Shown one piece after another: positions 1 through 9,708 of a DNA stretch of 64,000 nt. How positions within the stretch are numbered: the first letter of the stretch is position 1; each line of letters opens with the position of its first letter. Position numbers and translations under genes: made by a program. Below the pieces are notes generated by a model. The model was not told the origin of the DNA, searched no databases, and saw nothing but the letters and a program-made list of their open reading frames with translations. Origin of the DNA: Rebecca billardiae RCC1528 (lineage: Eukaryota > Protista > Haptophyta). The stretch spans positions 310,001 through 374,000 of the forward strand of contig OZ251230.1 of NCBI GenBank assembly GCA_965240325.2. Reading direction: 5' to 3'.

Positions 1-717
1 TTGGTCATCTGCTTGAAGGCAAAGATGGGTGCGCACACGAGGACGGACATGAGCACCGCGGATATTTGGACCTCGCCAGCACCGAAAGGCGGGCGCACCG
101 TCGCTAGTACCGGGCCCTGAACGAAGGCAAGCAGGTACAGGCTCCTGTGCAACGGGGCGCCGGGGTTGTCGGGCACGGGCGCAGCGTGAGGCGGCGGCCG
201 CGGCGGCAGCGTGGGCATCATGCATGCTGCCGGCGCCGGCGGGCGCGTTGCGCGCGGCGCACATGTAGAAGAGCTCGTTGCCCGCGCACACGAAGAAGAG
301 CACGGGCTTGTGGTAGTACAGCCGCACGATCCAGTTGGAGGAGGACTTGTGTGTGCTCGCCAGCTGCAGCACCGACGCGTACACGTGCGACCAGTGGCTG
401 AAGATGTCGAGCGTGATCAGTGCGCTGAAGTGGACGAGATAGGCAGGGTACAGGTGGGCGAGCACGACACACAAGCTTGCCGTCGCCGTGCGATCCGTCA
501 CCATGTCAAGCACCGCGCCGAAAAGCGAGGACTGGTTGAGCGCGCGCGCAGCGTACCCATCCGCCGCGTCGAGCAGCGCAGAGACAAAGTAGCAAGCGAG
601 CGAGCCGCGATAGTTCGAGATCGCAAAGTAGAGAGCCACCAGATTGAGCGCGATCCGCACGTAGCCGATGATGTTCGGTACGTAGAGGTACACGGGCCAT
701 GCTGACGTCCGCGCCAT
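1..717 (-). CDS. PIS1: CDP-diacylglycerol--inositol 3-phosphatidyltransferase (phosphatidylinositol synthase); 3' end runs off the window; intron 145..262
   Basis: Manual translation: MARTSAWPVYLYVPNIIGYVR...LLDAADGYAARALNQSSLFGAVLDMVTDR (CDP-alcohol phosphotransferase motif)...CAGNELFY; after a GT-AG intron ...APIFAFKQ. Absent from the ORF track. Confidence 0.92.
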   Translation of the reverse strand, partial: MARTSAWPVYLYVPNIIGYVRIALNLVALYFAISNYRGSLACYFVSALLDAADGYAARALNQSSLFGAVLDMVTDRTATASLCVVLAHLYPAYLVHFSALITLDIFSHWSHVYASVLQLASTHKSSSNWIVRLYYHKPVLFFVCAGNELFYMCAARNAPAGAGSMHDAHAAAAAAASRCARARQPRRPVAQEPVPACLRSGPGTSDGAPAFRCWRGPNIRGAHVRPRVRTHLCLQADDQ

Positions 718-836
718 GCTGCAGTCCAGCGCGCCGGGTGGCACCGCTCAGCCGCGACGACCGGTCTTCAGTTCGCAAGCGCAACGTGATTGGGCGACGA
801 AGCGCAGAATTGCCCACGGACGACAAGCCGGCAGCC

Positions 837-1802
837 ATGCCTGCCATGGCATCCATCCGCCCGGTATGGATGTTGATGTTGATGTGCGCTCGCACGGCCG
901 AGTCGCGCGCGTGCTCGAGCGATGACGTGGCGTTTCCCAAGGTGACAAACACATGGTCGCTGCGCGAGGGGCAATCTGTCGTCAGTGCAGCCATGACGAT
1001 CGACGTCCAAGTCGAGTCGAACGCGTGCCTCGTGACGCGCGCGTTCAAGAGCATCGCGCACAGGCCGGTACAGGCCAAGTCCGTGAGGGTGACCGGCGGC
1101 TTCAGCGGAACCGTCCCTAGAGCTGTTACCCATCGCGTGTACGAGGACAACGGCTGGACGATGCTCGAGGTGCAGTTTGGCCGCTCGCTCTTTGTCGGGG
1201 AGACATTCCACATCCGTGCAGAGTACGAGCTGTCGAGCCCGCTGTGTGCCGTCGAGAGAGGCGTGGTGCGGTTCCATGAGGACTGGACGCACAAGTGGCG
1301 CGTGCCAGGCAATGTTGGCGTCCTCGAGTACACTTTGTGCAGCGCCCACGGGGCACGCTCCCCCACTCTACGCTCCTCTGGGTTTGGGCCTGGCTCGTCA
1401 CAGCGCACCGGGTGCCTCCACTGGCAGAGGAACGCGCCCGTTTCTGGCGCCGAGTTCGAGCTGGTGCTACCCCAAGGGCAGTCGGTGCCGCTAGGGATGC
1501 GCAGCTGCGGCTACGTGCACCCAGAGCTCATCGCCATCATCGTGGCCGCCGTGTCCTTGGTCATCGGCGGCATCGTCGCGGCGGCCTATTATCGGATCCA
1601 CAGCCGGTGCCCGGCTTGCCTTACGCCGTGGCGGCGCAAGGCAACAGCAACGGCACAGCCACCACCGCCGGCGTATGACGAGGCCATGCGGGCACGGGCT
1701 GCCCCGTCGGCGCGAGCGCCTCCGCCGTATGCGCATCCAGGAGCAGCAGTAGGTTACGCCGCCTCTACTTATTCGATCAATCCAAGAATAACTGCTGATT
1801 GA
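837..1802 (+). CDS. Type I membrane protein of unknown function (signal peptide, Cys-containing ectodomain, one TM helix, cytosolic PPxY motifs)
   Basis: Within ORF 699..1802; hydrophobic N-terminus from Met at 837, TM segment LIAIIVAAVSLVIGGIVAAAYY, tail motifs PPAY and PPPY. Confidence 0.7.
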   Translation: MPAMASIRPVWMLMLMCARTAESRACSSDDVAFPKVTNTWSLREGQSVVSAAMTIDVQVESNACLVTRAFKSIAHRPVQAKSVRVTGGFSGTVPRAVTHRVYEDNGWTMLEVQFGRSLFVGETFHIRAEYELSSPLCAVERGVVRFHEDWTHKWRVPGNVGVLEYTLCSAHGARSPTLRSSGFGPGSSQRTGCLHWQRNAPVSGAEFELVLPQGQSVPLGMRSCGYVHPELIAIIVAAVSLVIGGIVAAAYYRIHSRCPACLTPWRRKATATAQPPPPAYDEAMRARAAPSARAPPPYAHPGAAVGYAASTYSINPRITAD

Positions 1803-2114
1803 TTTATTTCAATGAATGATGCGACGCGGGGCCCGGAGTCCGGACGGATCATGCGACGGCACTGAGTCTGATGATGGACTCACTGGACTCACTGAGACTG
1901 GAGGAGTCGGTCGGGCTCGCGAGGATATGAGCCATCATCGCATGCTCGTCAATATAGCATGCTGCTGCTAATTATAAATTAAGGTGCCCCCGGGCCCGGA
2001 TCGTCGGCCTCGTCGGGCCGCCCGGTAGGCTGCATCCGAGATGAGCTTGCCTCTTGTTAGCATGCCAGCCGCAGGCGTGCACGGCGCACGGCGTGCTGGT
2101 CGGCCCAAGCAGCT

Positions 2115-3158
2115 CTAGTCGTCAAGCGTGTACGACGGCGGCCCGCTGCCAGTGAGGTGGCCGTGCACTTTCAGTGCAAGCTCGGTCGAGATTGCTTTGC
2201 GCGCCTCGGCAGTGCTCCCGCCAAGGTGCGGCGTGGTGATGACGCGCTCGTGACTGCACAGGCGCGCAGTCGTGTCGCTAAGCGGAGCGCCTTCTTGCGC
2301 AAACACGTCGAGGCAGGCTGCGCCGATCTCGCCAGCGTCGAGCGCGCCGAGCAGCGCCTCCTCGTCCACGAGCCCGCCACGCGCCGTGTTGACCAGGGTC
2401 GCGTGCTTCTGCATCTGCGCAAGCTCGTGCGCGCCTATGAGACCGCGCGTGCCGGGGGTGAGCGGCACGTGCAGCGAGACGTAGTGCGCGCGGCTGAGCA
2501 GGTTGTCCATCGAGACGAGCTCGTAGCCGCAGGAGGCGGCGGCCTCCTGTCGGAGCGACGACTGCAGCGTGCACACGCGCATGCCGAAAGCGCTCGCCAG
2601 CGCCGCGGTCGCCTCACCGATCGGCCCAAAGCCGATCACGCCGAGGATCTTGCCCTCGAGCGTGTGCCCCTCGAAGAGGGCGCGGTCCCATCGGCCCTCG
2701 CGCAGCGAGGCGTTCGCGAGCGTCACGCGTCGCGCGGCGGCGAGCATCAATGCGAGGGTGAGCTCGGCGACTGACTGCACGCTCGCGAGCGGCGTGTTGA
2801 AGATGCTGATTGATCGCTCCTCGGCGGCGCTGAGGTCAATGTTGTCCACGCCGATGCCAGCCCGGCCGACCACGGTGAGTCGAGGTGACGCGTCCATCAT
2901 GCGGGCGTCGCACTGGTTGGCTGAGCGCAGGATGATCCCTTCGGCCGGCTGGGCGGCGAGGAAGTCAATCACGTCGCTGTTGGACATGTCCGACCGAGCA
3001 GCGACGTCGATGTCGCCCGTGTCCTCGAGCAGCTGTGCGATCTTTGGTGAGTCGAGGCAAAGCACTAGAGGGCGCCCCGACGCGGACATCCTGGGCGCCA
3101 CGGCGGCAGCGCACGCCCGTGGGCCGAGCGCCGCAAGGACGAGCAGCCGAACCATCAT
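2115..3158 (-). CDS. D-isomer 2-hydroxyacid dehydrogenase (D-3-phosphoglycerate dehydrogenase-like), probably plastid-targeted
   Basis: Motifs RAGIGVDNID, GVIGFGPIG, LVNTARGGLVDE, LDVF, TPHLGGST; N-terminal signal peptide. Confidence 0.88.
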   Translation of the reverse strand: MMVRLLVLAALGPRACAAAVAPRMSASGRPLVLCLDSPKIAQLLEDTGDIDVAARSDMSNSDVIDFLAAQPAEGIILRSANQCDARMMDASPRLTVVGRAGIGVDNIDLSAAEERSISIFNTPLASVQSVAELTLALMLAAARRVTLANASLREGRWDRALFEGHTLEGKILGVIGFGPIGEATAALASAFGMRVCTLQSSLRQEAAASCGYELVSMDNLLSRAHYVSLHVPLTPGTRGLIGAHELAQMQKHATLVNTARGGLVDEEALLGALDAGEIGAACLDVFAQEGAPLSDTTARLCSHERVITTPHLGGSTAEARKAISTELALKVHGHLTGSGPPSYTLDD

Positions 3159-3474
3159 TGTCTGACGCGGACGGACGGGCGAAATCCGGTTGGGTTATGG
3201 CCGCCGGAAAAAGGTGTCGTGAATTCTCCATCCGAGAACGACTAGGATACACTACGCTAATAAATAAAATCGCAGCAAGCGGCTGCGCAAGCGCTGCGCC
3301 CGGTCCTCGGTGCCAGCTGGTGGCAGACGCAACCCAGTTGTTCACTGGCCAGTCTTGGGGCTTGGGCTGACTCGGTTCGCGGTCCAACCGGCGTCGACCC
3401 CCTGGCCCTACCCCTGACGCAAGTCGAACTTCGACGTCGTTCCGTCACCCGGGTTTCGCACGTTCCGCCGAGGC

Positions 3475-4251
3475 CTACTCGCGCGGCAGGCAGAACGGAA
3501 TGCCCTGATCAGCCGGCATGCGCTCGAGCACGTATACCTCGCCCGACTTCCCCGTGTGGACTCTGATATCCTCGTCGATGTACGTGATGTCGATGTACGT
3601 CTTGTGCGCGTTGAACCAGCGGAATACACTCGCCGGGCGCTGCGGCGCGTTCACGTCAATGTCCTTGCCCGCGAGCAGCTCGCGGATGGCGGCCTCGCTC
3701 CTGTGGTCGCGCTCAGTGTACTCGCCTGTGGCCGGCACGAGGCCGACCGACTCGAACTGCACGCTGCATCGGCGTGGTGCCTCGTCAAAGTTGCACCACC
3801 CTGTAAGCGCGAGGCCAGCCGTCGGCGTGTCCTCTGCAGCCATCACCTCCGGCATCAGCGTGTACCGCTCCTCCGTCACCCGGTTGAACCAAGTGCCGAT
3901 CATCACCTTCTTTGCAGGCAGCACGCCAAACGACAGCAGCTTGAGCGGCACGGTCTTGGCGGTGCTCAGCTTCAGCGTACTGAAGAGCGTGCGCCAGTCG
4001 CCACGAAGCAGACGCGGCACGTCCACATCCACGCCCGCCTGCGTTGCGCTCAACGCGTCGCACAGTGTCCTCACGCGCTCCGGCGCCTCGCCAGCGTCAA
4101 TGGCTGCAAGCAGCTCCGATTTGAGCGCGGCGGATTGCGTGGTCGAGGTGGTGGCGCACATGACTGGAACGGCCGTGCGGGCTCTTGGCGTTGTGCCCAG
4201 TGGACGCGACGCCACCGCCAGGGCGCCCAAGCACGCCGCGAGCCACATCAT
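3475..4251 (-). CDS. PAP/fibrillin-family plastid lipid-associated protein
   Basis: Signal plus transit-like N-terminus MMWLAACLGALAVAS; LKSELLAAI, LLRGDWRTLFST, C-terminal YIDITYIDEDIRVHTGKSGEVYVLER. Confidence 0.82.
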   Translation of the reverse strand: MMWLAACLGALAVASRPLGTTPRARTAVPVMCATTSTTQSAALKSELLAAIDAGEAPERVRTLCDALSATQAGVDVDVPRLLRGDWRTLFSTLKLSTAKTVPLKLLSFGVLPAKKVMIGTWFNRVTEERYTLMPEVMAAEDTPTAGLALTGWCNFDEAPRRCSVQFESVGLVPATGEYTERDHRSEAAIRELLAGKDIDVNAPQRPASVFRWFNAHKTYIDITYIDEDIRVHTGKSGEVYVLERMPADQGIPFCLPRE

Positions 4252-4447
4252 GTTGGCGCGGTAGACGACGCCGCGCTCCCGCGTCTCGTTTGTAGTCGCC
4301 GATTCACGGCCGCCAGAAATCATGGCCCTATCTACTGCAGCAGGTATTTGCGTTTAGGCGGACGCATCGCAAACCCGGTGATCCGGGCGAGATCGGTGGA
4401 TCTCGCAGCTTCTCGCAATCTCGCCCAAACCCGCAGCCTTACCAATG

Positions 4448-5318
4448 TGACACTGGCCCAGAAGGGGGGGTCCCGAATTGGTCCCACGACCTCGAGCTCG
4501 ATGGCTGCCGCACGTGCGTGCCCAGCGTGCCTCGCGCGTGTACGTGCACGGTAGGGCGTCCCGACAGCGGCGGGGTGGCGTAGATGGTCGCATGGGAGGT
4601 GCATCCGTGTGTCCGAGACGCCTCGGCGCCTCGGTGGCGTGCCCACACCTCTCCTTGTCGCCGCTTGCCTGCTGCGTGCTCGGCCAGCCGTTTGGAGTGC
4701 ACGCCTGCACGTGCACGGCCAGTGTCGGGCGGATCGAGCCGTAGCGAGTGTGCTTGCGGGTACTCCCACCCGATGCGGCTCTCTGCCGCCGTCGCAAGCC
4801 CTCGCGCGTGTCCTGGAACCTGCCGAATCTAGTCGGGCATGCGCCCAACATGCTCGCGAACATTGCCCAGGAATCGCATCAGAAATGCGCTATTTGCAAA
4901 TAAAACTGGACAGCATGTGGTGTACCACCATGACAACACTGAACACGTCGTGGGTTGGAGTGCACGGCTTGGGATTGATGCACGAGAGCTACTACGACGG
5001 CGGCAGAGAGCCGCATCGGGTGGGAGTACCCGCAAGCACACTCGCTACGGCTCGATCCGCCCGACACTGGCCGTGCACGTGCAGGCGTGCACTCCAAACG
5101 GCTGGCCGAGCACGCAGCAGGCAAGCGGCGACAAGGAGAGGTGTGGGCACACCACCGAGGCGCCGAGGCGTCTCGGACACACGGATGCACCTCCCATGCG
5201 ACCATCTACGCCACCCCGCCGCTGTCGGGACGCCCTACCGTGCACGTACACGCGCGAGGCACGCTGGGCACGCACGTGCGGCAGCAATTCGGGACCCCCC
5301 CCTACTGGGCCAGTGTCA
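4448..5318. mobile_element. Non-autonomous foldback/TIR DNA element, 871 bp, arms about 325-345 bp, TG...CA ends, 4-bp TSD AATG
   Basis: 4448..4794 is the near-perfect reverse complement of 4995..5318; AATG at 4444-4447 and 5319-5322. Confidence 0.85.
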
Positions 5319-5361
5319 AATGTCAGTGACCAACTGACCACCCTTGCCAATACCGTACTGG

Positions 5362-5439
5362 CTTCATGGGCGGTGACAGTTGGCGGGCGTCAATCTCGCC
5401 TGCCTGAGCTGTGTGCGTCTCTTATTCTTAGTAAACTGT
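5362..5439 (+). repeat. Dispersed repeat family A (…TCTCGCCTGCCTGAGCTGTGTGCGTCTCTTATTCTTAGTAAACTGT), long copy
   Basis: Matches 7255..7334 (reverse complement), 11283..11338, 18520..18559, 42695..42761 and 61268..61312 (reverse complement). Confidence 0.85.
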
Positions 5440-5477
5440 ACGAAAATAATCATCAACGACAACTCATATCATCAAGG

Positions 5478-6509
5478 ATGGCGGCGGCCGAGGACGAGGC
5501 GGAATTCAAGTATGTGCTCGTGCCCGCTGCAATAGACACGCCGCTCATAGAGCGCGCGTCGGAGGCTGGCTGGGCCGGCGACCAGATTCCTGATTTGGTC
5601 AAGGCAGCATTCGCGTCCGGCAGCGTGAGCGAGGCGGCGGTGCGCGAGCATGCGCATCGCGCATTTGGCGAGCGCGCGAGCGGCCTCGACATGGCCGCCT
5701 TCCAGCGGGCGGTGGCGGAGGGGACAGTAGAGACCGTCCCGCTGGTGCGGCCATGCGCATCGAACGGCTGCAGTGGCGTATACGCCTACATCGACGAGGC
5801 CGGCCTGTTGAAGGGCCTGCCCAAGAACGAGCGCGCATGCTCGCTGGCGAGTGCATGCGGCCTCGATGGCGCCGCCTTCCACGGCGACGCGTTCATCGGA
5901 CGAGTGGTCACCAAGCCGGAGCCCCCGCGCAACAAGAGCTTCACTCTCGCGGATATGGCCTCAGACGCTGCCTGGCTCAGGCGAGCGCCCGCGGACAACG
6001 CCGAGTACCAGCTCGAGATGCAGCGGCTCAGTGCGGCGCTAGACGAGAATGCGCGCAGGCGCGCGGCCGCCGCTGGCAACCAAGGCGCCGACGAGGACGA
6101 GGTCGCCACGGTGGACGGCTCGACATGTGTTGACGAGCGGGAACGAGTCTTCGGGTGGAGCCAGGCCAACGGTGACGTCGAGGTGCACGTTCCGATCGAG
6201 CCTGGCACGCGCGCTCGCGACGTGCGCGTCGCCCTCGGCCCGCGCTCAGTGCGCGTCGAGCGCAAAGCGGCCAGTGCCAGCTCAGATTCTGGTGTCAGCG
6301 CGCCGCCGCCCTATCTGCGCGTGGACGAGCTGTACGCGCCCATCCGCAGCGAGGAGAGCACGTGGGAGGTGGGCATAGGCGAAGGCGGCGCGACGACGCT
6401 AACGCTCACGATGAACAAGGTGGATGGTGCCGTGCACTGGCCACGCCTAACCGCCAAACAGCCCCGCACCGCCGGCAATGGCGGTGCTACGCCCACTATT
6501 GATGAGTAG
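5478..6509 (+). CDS. CS/p23-domain (NudC-like) protein
   Basis: C-terminal FGWSQANGDVEVHVPI...LYAPIRSEESTWE...LTLTMNK...HWPRL fits a CS domain; probable start MAAAEDE at 5478. Confidence 0.78.
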   Translation: MAAAEDEAEFKYVLVPAAIDTPLIERASEAGWAGDQIPDLVKAAFASGSVSEAAVREHAHRAFGERASGLDMAAFQRAVAEGTVETVPLVRPCASNGCSGVYAYIDEAGLLKGLPKNERACSLASACGLDGAAFHGDAFIGRVVTKPEPPRNKSFTLADMASDAAWLRRAPADNAEYQLEMQRLSAALDENARRRAAAAGNQGADEDEVATVDGSTCVDERERVFGWSQANGDVEVHVPIEPGTRARDVRVALGPRSVRVERKAASASSDSGVSAPPPYLRVDELYAPIRSEESTWEVGIGEGGATTLTLTMNKVDGAVHWPRLTAKQPRTAGNGGATPTIDE

Positions 6510-6558
6510 TAGTTTAATTGACCGCGGACCCTATCTGCTAACTATAGTAGCATCATCA

Positions 6559-6635
6559 GTATATATATATATATATATATATCTTGCAATATATAATATA
6601 TATTGTAATATATATTACTATATATATATATTGTA

Positions 6636-6731
<96 letters not shown>
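6559..6731. repeat. (TA)n microsatellite
   Basis: About 170 bp of TA repeats, imperfect in the first half. Confidence 0.97.
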
Positions 6732-6734
<3 letters not shown>

Positions 6735-7009
6735 CGGCTACGCCGATCTTCGGGTAGTGTCTAGTGAACAACGAACGAAGTTGAGGGCGCACGGCCCTAG
6801 CTAGTTCCGCGCGTGGCTGCGTGCGCCAGCTGCGCGCACCCGCTGCGCCCGCGTTGAGCCCGTGCGAGCGCCGCGCCTCGAGCCTCACACGCAGCGGCTC
6901 GACACCGAGCCGCATGGCAGTGTCGCTCGTGCGCCTCGGCCCGTGATCAGTTCAGCTCTGAGGCGCGCGCTCAGGAGGGCTGCGGCCGGGCCGAGCGCGA
7001 TCTGCGCAG

Positions 7010-7245
7010 ACGGTACAGCCCGTGGCGGCTCATGGCAGCCCGAGCCCAATTCCCGCAAAGCCCGGCGCCTCCGCCATCCGCGTCACAGTGGCGCTCCAGC
7101 CTCTTACGCGTGCTGCGCTGCAGCCGTGCTCGGCCGAACGACGCCCGCCGAGCCCGCCGGGCACGCGGCTGATGAGCAGTGGTAGCCAGGCGAAGCCGTC
7201 GTCGCGGGCGAAGCTGCGCTGGGTGATGCGGCTGAGCAGTCGGGT
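7010..7245 (-). pseudogene. Possible non-LTR retrotransposon RT (thumb-region) fragment
   Basis: Minus-strand translation FAWLPLLISRVPGGLGGRRSAEHGCSAARVRGW resembles the LP..GGLG.R.A...AA motif of CRE/RTE-type RTs; bounded by a stop and a family-A insertion. Confidence 0.35.
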
Positions 7246-7254
7246 TTAGTTGCT

Positions 7255-7334
7255 ACAGTTTACTATAAGAATAAGAGACGCACACAGCTCAGGCAGGCGA
7301 GATTGACGCCCGCCAACTGTCACCGCCCATGAAG
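7255..7334 (-). repeat. Dispersed repeat family A, long copy
   Basis: Near-identical reverse complement of 5362..5439. Confidence 0.85.
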
Positions 7335-8199
7335 GTGGTAGCGCCGCCGGAAAAAATCGTTCAGCCGTCCGCCTGCGAGGCCTGGATGAGGGCTGCGGCC
7401 GCCTCGCGGCGCGCCAGCGCCCGTCGTCCTCGCCCCACCGTCGTCCACAAAACGTCGTCGTCCGAACTCGCCGACTGGGCGCCGATGCGATTGCGCGCCG
7501 ACAGGATGCCAGGATGTAGTAGGGAATGTAGATAGAGCCCCACTGTCGGTTGGGGAAGGTGTGTATCAAGCGGCATGACTGGGGTAGCTTATCACACAGA
7601 AGGCCTGGCCCTCAGGTGATATGTGCCCCAGTGTGGCGTGTCGGCCTCAAAGCCGGCGGCAGGGTTCTGTTGCCCGGAGCAGGGTTCGCTGGCGCATCAG
7701 CTGCGTACCGGCGGGCGGCGGCTGGCTCCGACCGACTGTGCCCACTGGGAGGCCGGCAATAATAAGCAAAATATCCGGCGCGCCAGAAAAGCGGCGGCGG
7801 CGCTAGCATGCGCCTACAGTAGCGGCACTGCCCCGGTACAGTCTACGCTCCCCTGGCCAGCCCAGCCGCCGCCGGGGCCATACCAGGCCACCACGGCGAA
7901 GCGCGCGCTCCCGCGGACCACCTCGGCCCACAGACAGGCGGCTCACCCGGCTCGTCAGCCGTCTGACGCGTAGCGCGTCGACAAATGGCTGCTGACGGCG
8001 TAAAATCGGCCTGAGCGGCGGATGAAACGGCTGAAAGGCGAGACCACGACACCACCCAACTGGCGCACGCGCGTGCGGCCGGCGGTGCGGCGCAGCTCGG
8101 TCACTGCCACCGCTCCCGCGGGCTGCTCACGCCGAGCGCTGTGTTTGACCACGAGGCGAGACAGACAGTGGCACCGTCGCCCGCGACGGCAGCTGCAAG

Positions 8200-9150
8200 T
8201 AGCTGATCGTGCGCTCGCCGCTCCCAGACGAGATCGGTCGAGATCGTGGGAGCAGACGAGCGGACCATCGCGCAGCAAGATGCAGCGAGCACGCAGACAC
8301 TCGCGCTGCCCTCTCCTCGTGCGCCTGCGCCAGCCACAGTCTCGAACACAGCTCGGACGGCGGCGCTGAGGTGCAGCAGCGTGAGGACGAGCAGGAGCCA
8401 GTGCCGAACGCTCGCAAGACACTGCTGCACGCGAGCGGCGGCCACGTAGCGCGAGGAGCTGCGCGGGGAATGCGCCGCGTGCATCGACGCGGCGATCACC
8501 GGGCTGCAGGCCTCCGGGCCATCGACGCGTTGCGCACCCTCGCCGCCAGCCGCGACGAGTCCGCCGTCGAGCTGCAGCCGAGCTGCAGCCGAGCTGCGCG
8601 CGCAGATGGGCGGCGTCACAGGCACACAGACACTGACAGACAGGCCGTGCATGCCAGCACGTGCGCGCGGAGGCGCTGTGCGCCGAGCTGGCGAAGCGCG
8701 ACGCCGAGCTCGACGCGCTGCGCGACGCGGCGACGGACGCGCTGGGCGCACGCGGCGCCCTCGTCGCGACGCCACGTGCAGCAGCTCGAGCAGCCAGCTG
8801 TGGAGTAGACGGCCGTCGAGGCGATCGGCGCCGGTTCAGGAGCGCGCACAGGCTCCGAGCCTGCCGCTGGCTGGCCGCCGCCGTCTTCGAGGCCGCCGAC
8901 GCGGCGGAGGAGGCGGCGGGCGAGCACGGCGGCGCGGTGGAGCAGGCGCGCACGCGCGGCGGCAGGCGCGACGCGCCGCTCGCCTCGTTCCACCCCGAGC
9001 TCCGCTCGGTCTCGGTGCGCGGCTGCGCAGCGGCAGGCCGGGGCAGCCGAGTGGCGCGCGCTCTCGCTCTGCCGGCACGAGGCGCGCCGGCTGAGCGACC
9101 AGCGGCCCGTCGTCGAGCGCATGGCGCAGCGCGAGCACCTCAAGCAGGTG
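8200..9150 (+). pseudogene. Degraded coiled-coil protein gene
   Basis: Coding-like pieces in different frames (AEALCAELAKRDAELDALRDAA; WLAAAVFEAADAAEEAAGEH) interrupted by short duplications. Confidence 0.4.
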
Positions 9151-9708
9151 CGCCCGCACGCGCGCACGCGCCGGCCCGCGCCGCGCGGCGCCTCTCGCCC
9201 TGCGCGCGCGCGCCGCCCCAGCGGCCGCTTCCCCGCGCGCGGCCCGCGCGGCAACAGTCCTCGGCCCGCCGGCCCGGTGGGCGGCAACTGAGTTGGTGGT
9301 GGCAGCTCAGGCGAACTGTTACACATGTCAGACTGACAGCCGACGGCCGACGGAGGGTGCACCGCGGTGACCGCGGGCCTCTAACTGCGTTGGTTCTACG
9401 GAAGGACCGCGGAACGCGGTCATAGAAGGGGCATACATATACGTACTGTACAGTACGCATGCCATTCGGGTGAGTGCCAGACAGAGTGGATGCCTCGAGC
9501 GAGCAATAATCCGAGCGCATTGGCTGAGCGCACGACCGGTCGCTGACCGTCGCGGGCACTCGCGGCGCGCGCCGCCTGTAGCTTATTCAGTCAGTCTTTA
9601 TACTTATTATTGCTGATGACTCAGTAGTCAGTATTTGACAGCCATGGTGACGATCCTGACGATGCGATTCGGCCGTCGACGCAGCACCACGGCACGACTC
9701 ACAGACAC

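Noticed and set aside
5362-5439. Family A as a spliced-leader (trans-splicing) relic
   Set aside because: Copies occur in both orientations relative to adjacent genes, and no donor GT or Sm site is evident.
4839-5477. N-terminal 213 aa of ORF 4839..6509
   Set aside because: Chance read-through across the foldback arm and repeat A; the real start is probably 5478.
6556-6915. ORF with a poly-IY tract
   Set aside because: Translation of the (TA)n microsatellite.
7575-7635. ATGA-initiated hairpin as a second SECIS
   Set aside because: No AA 11-12 nt after ATGA, no GA on the 3' side of the core, and no upstream UGA-containing gene.
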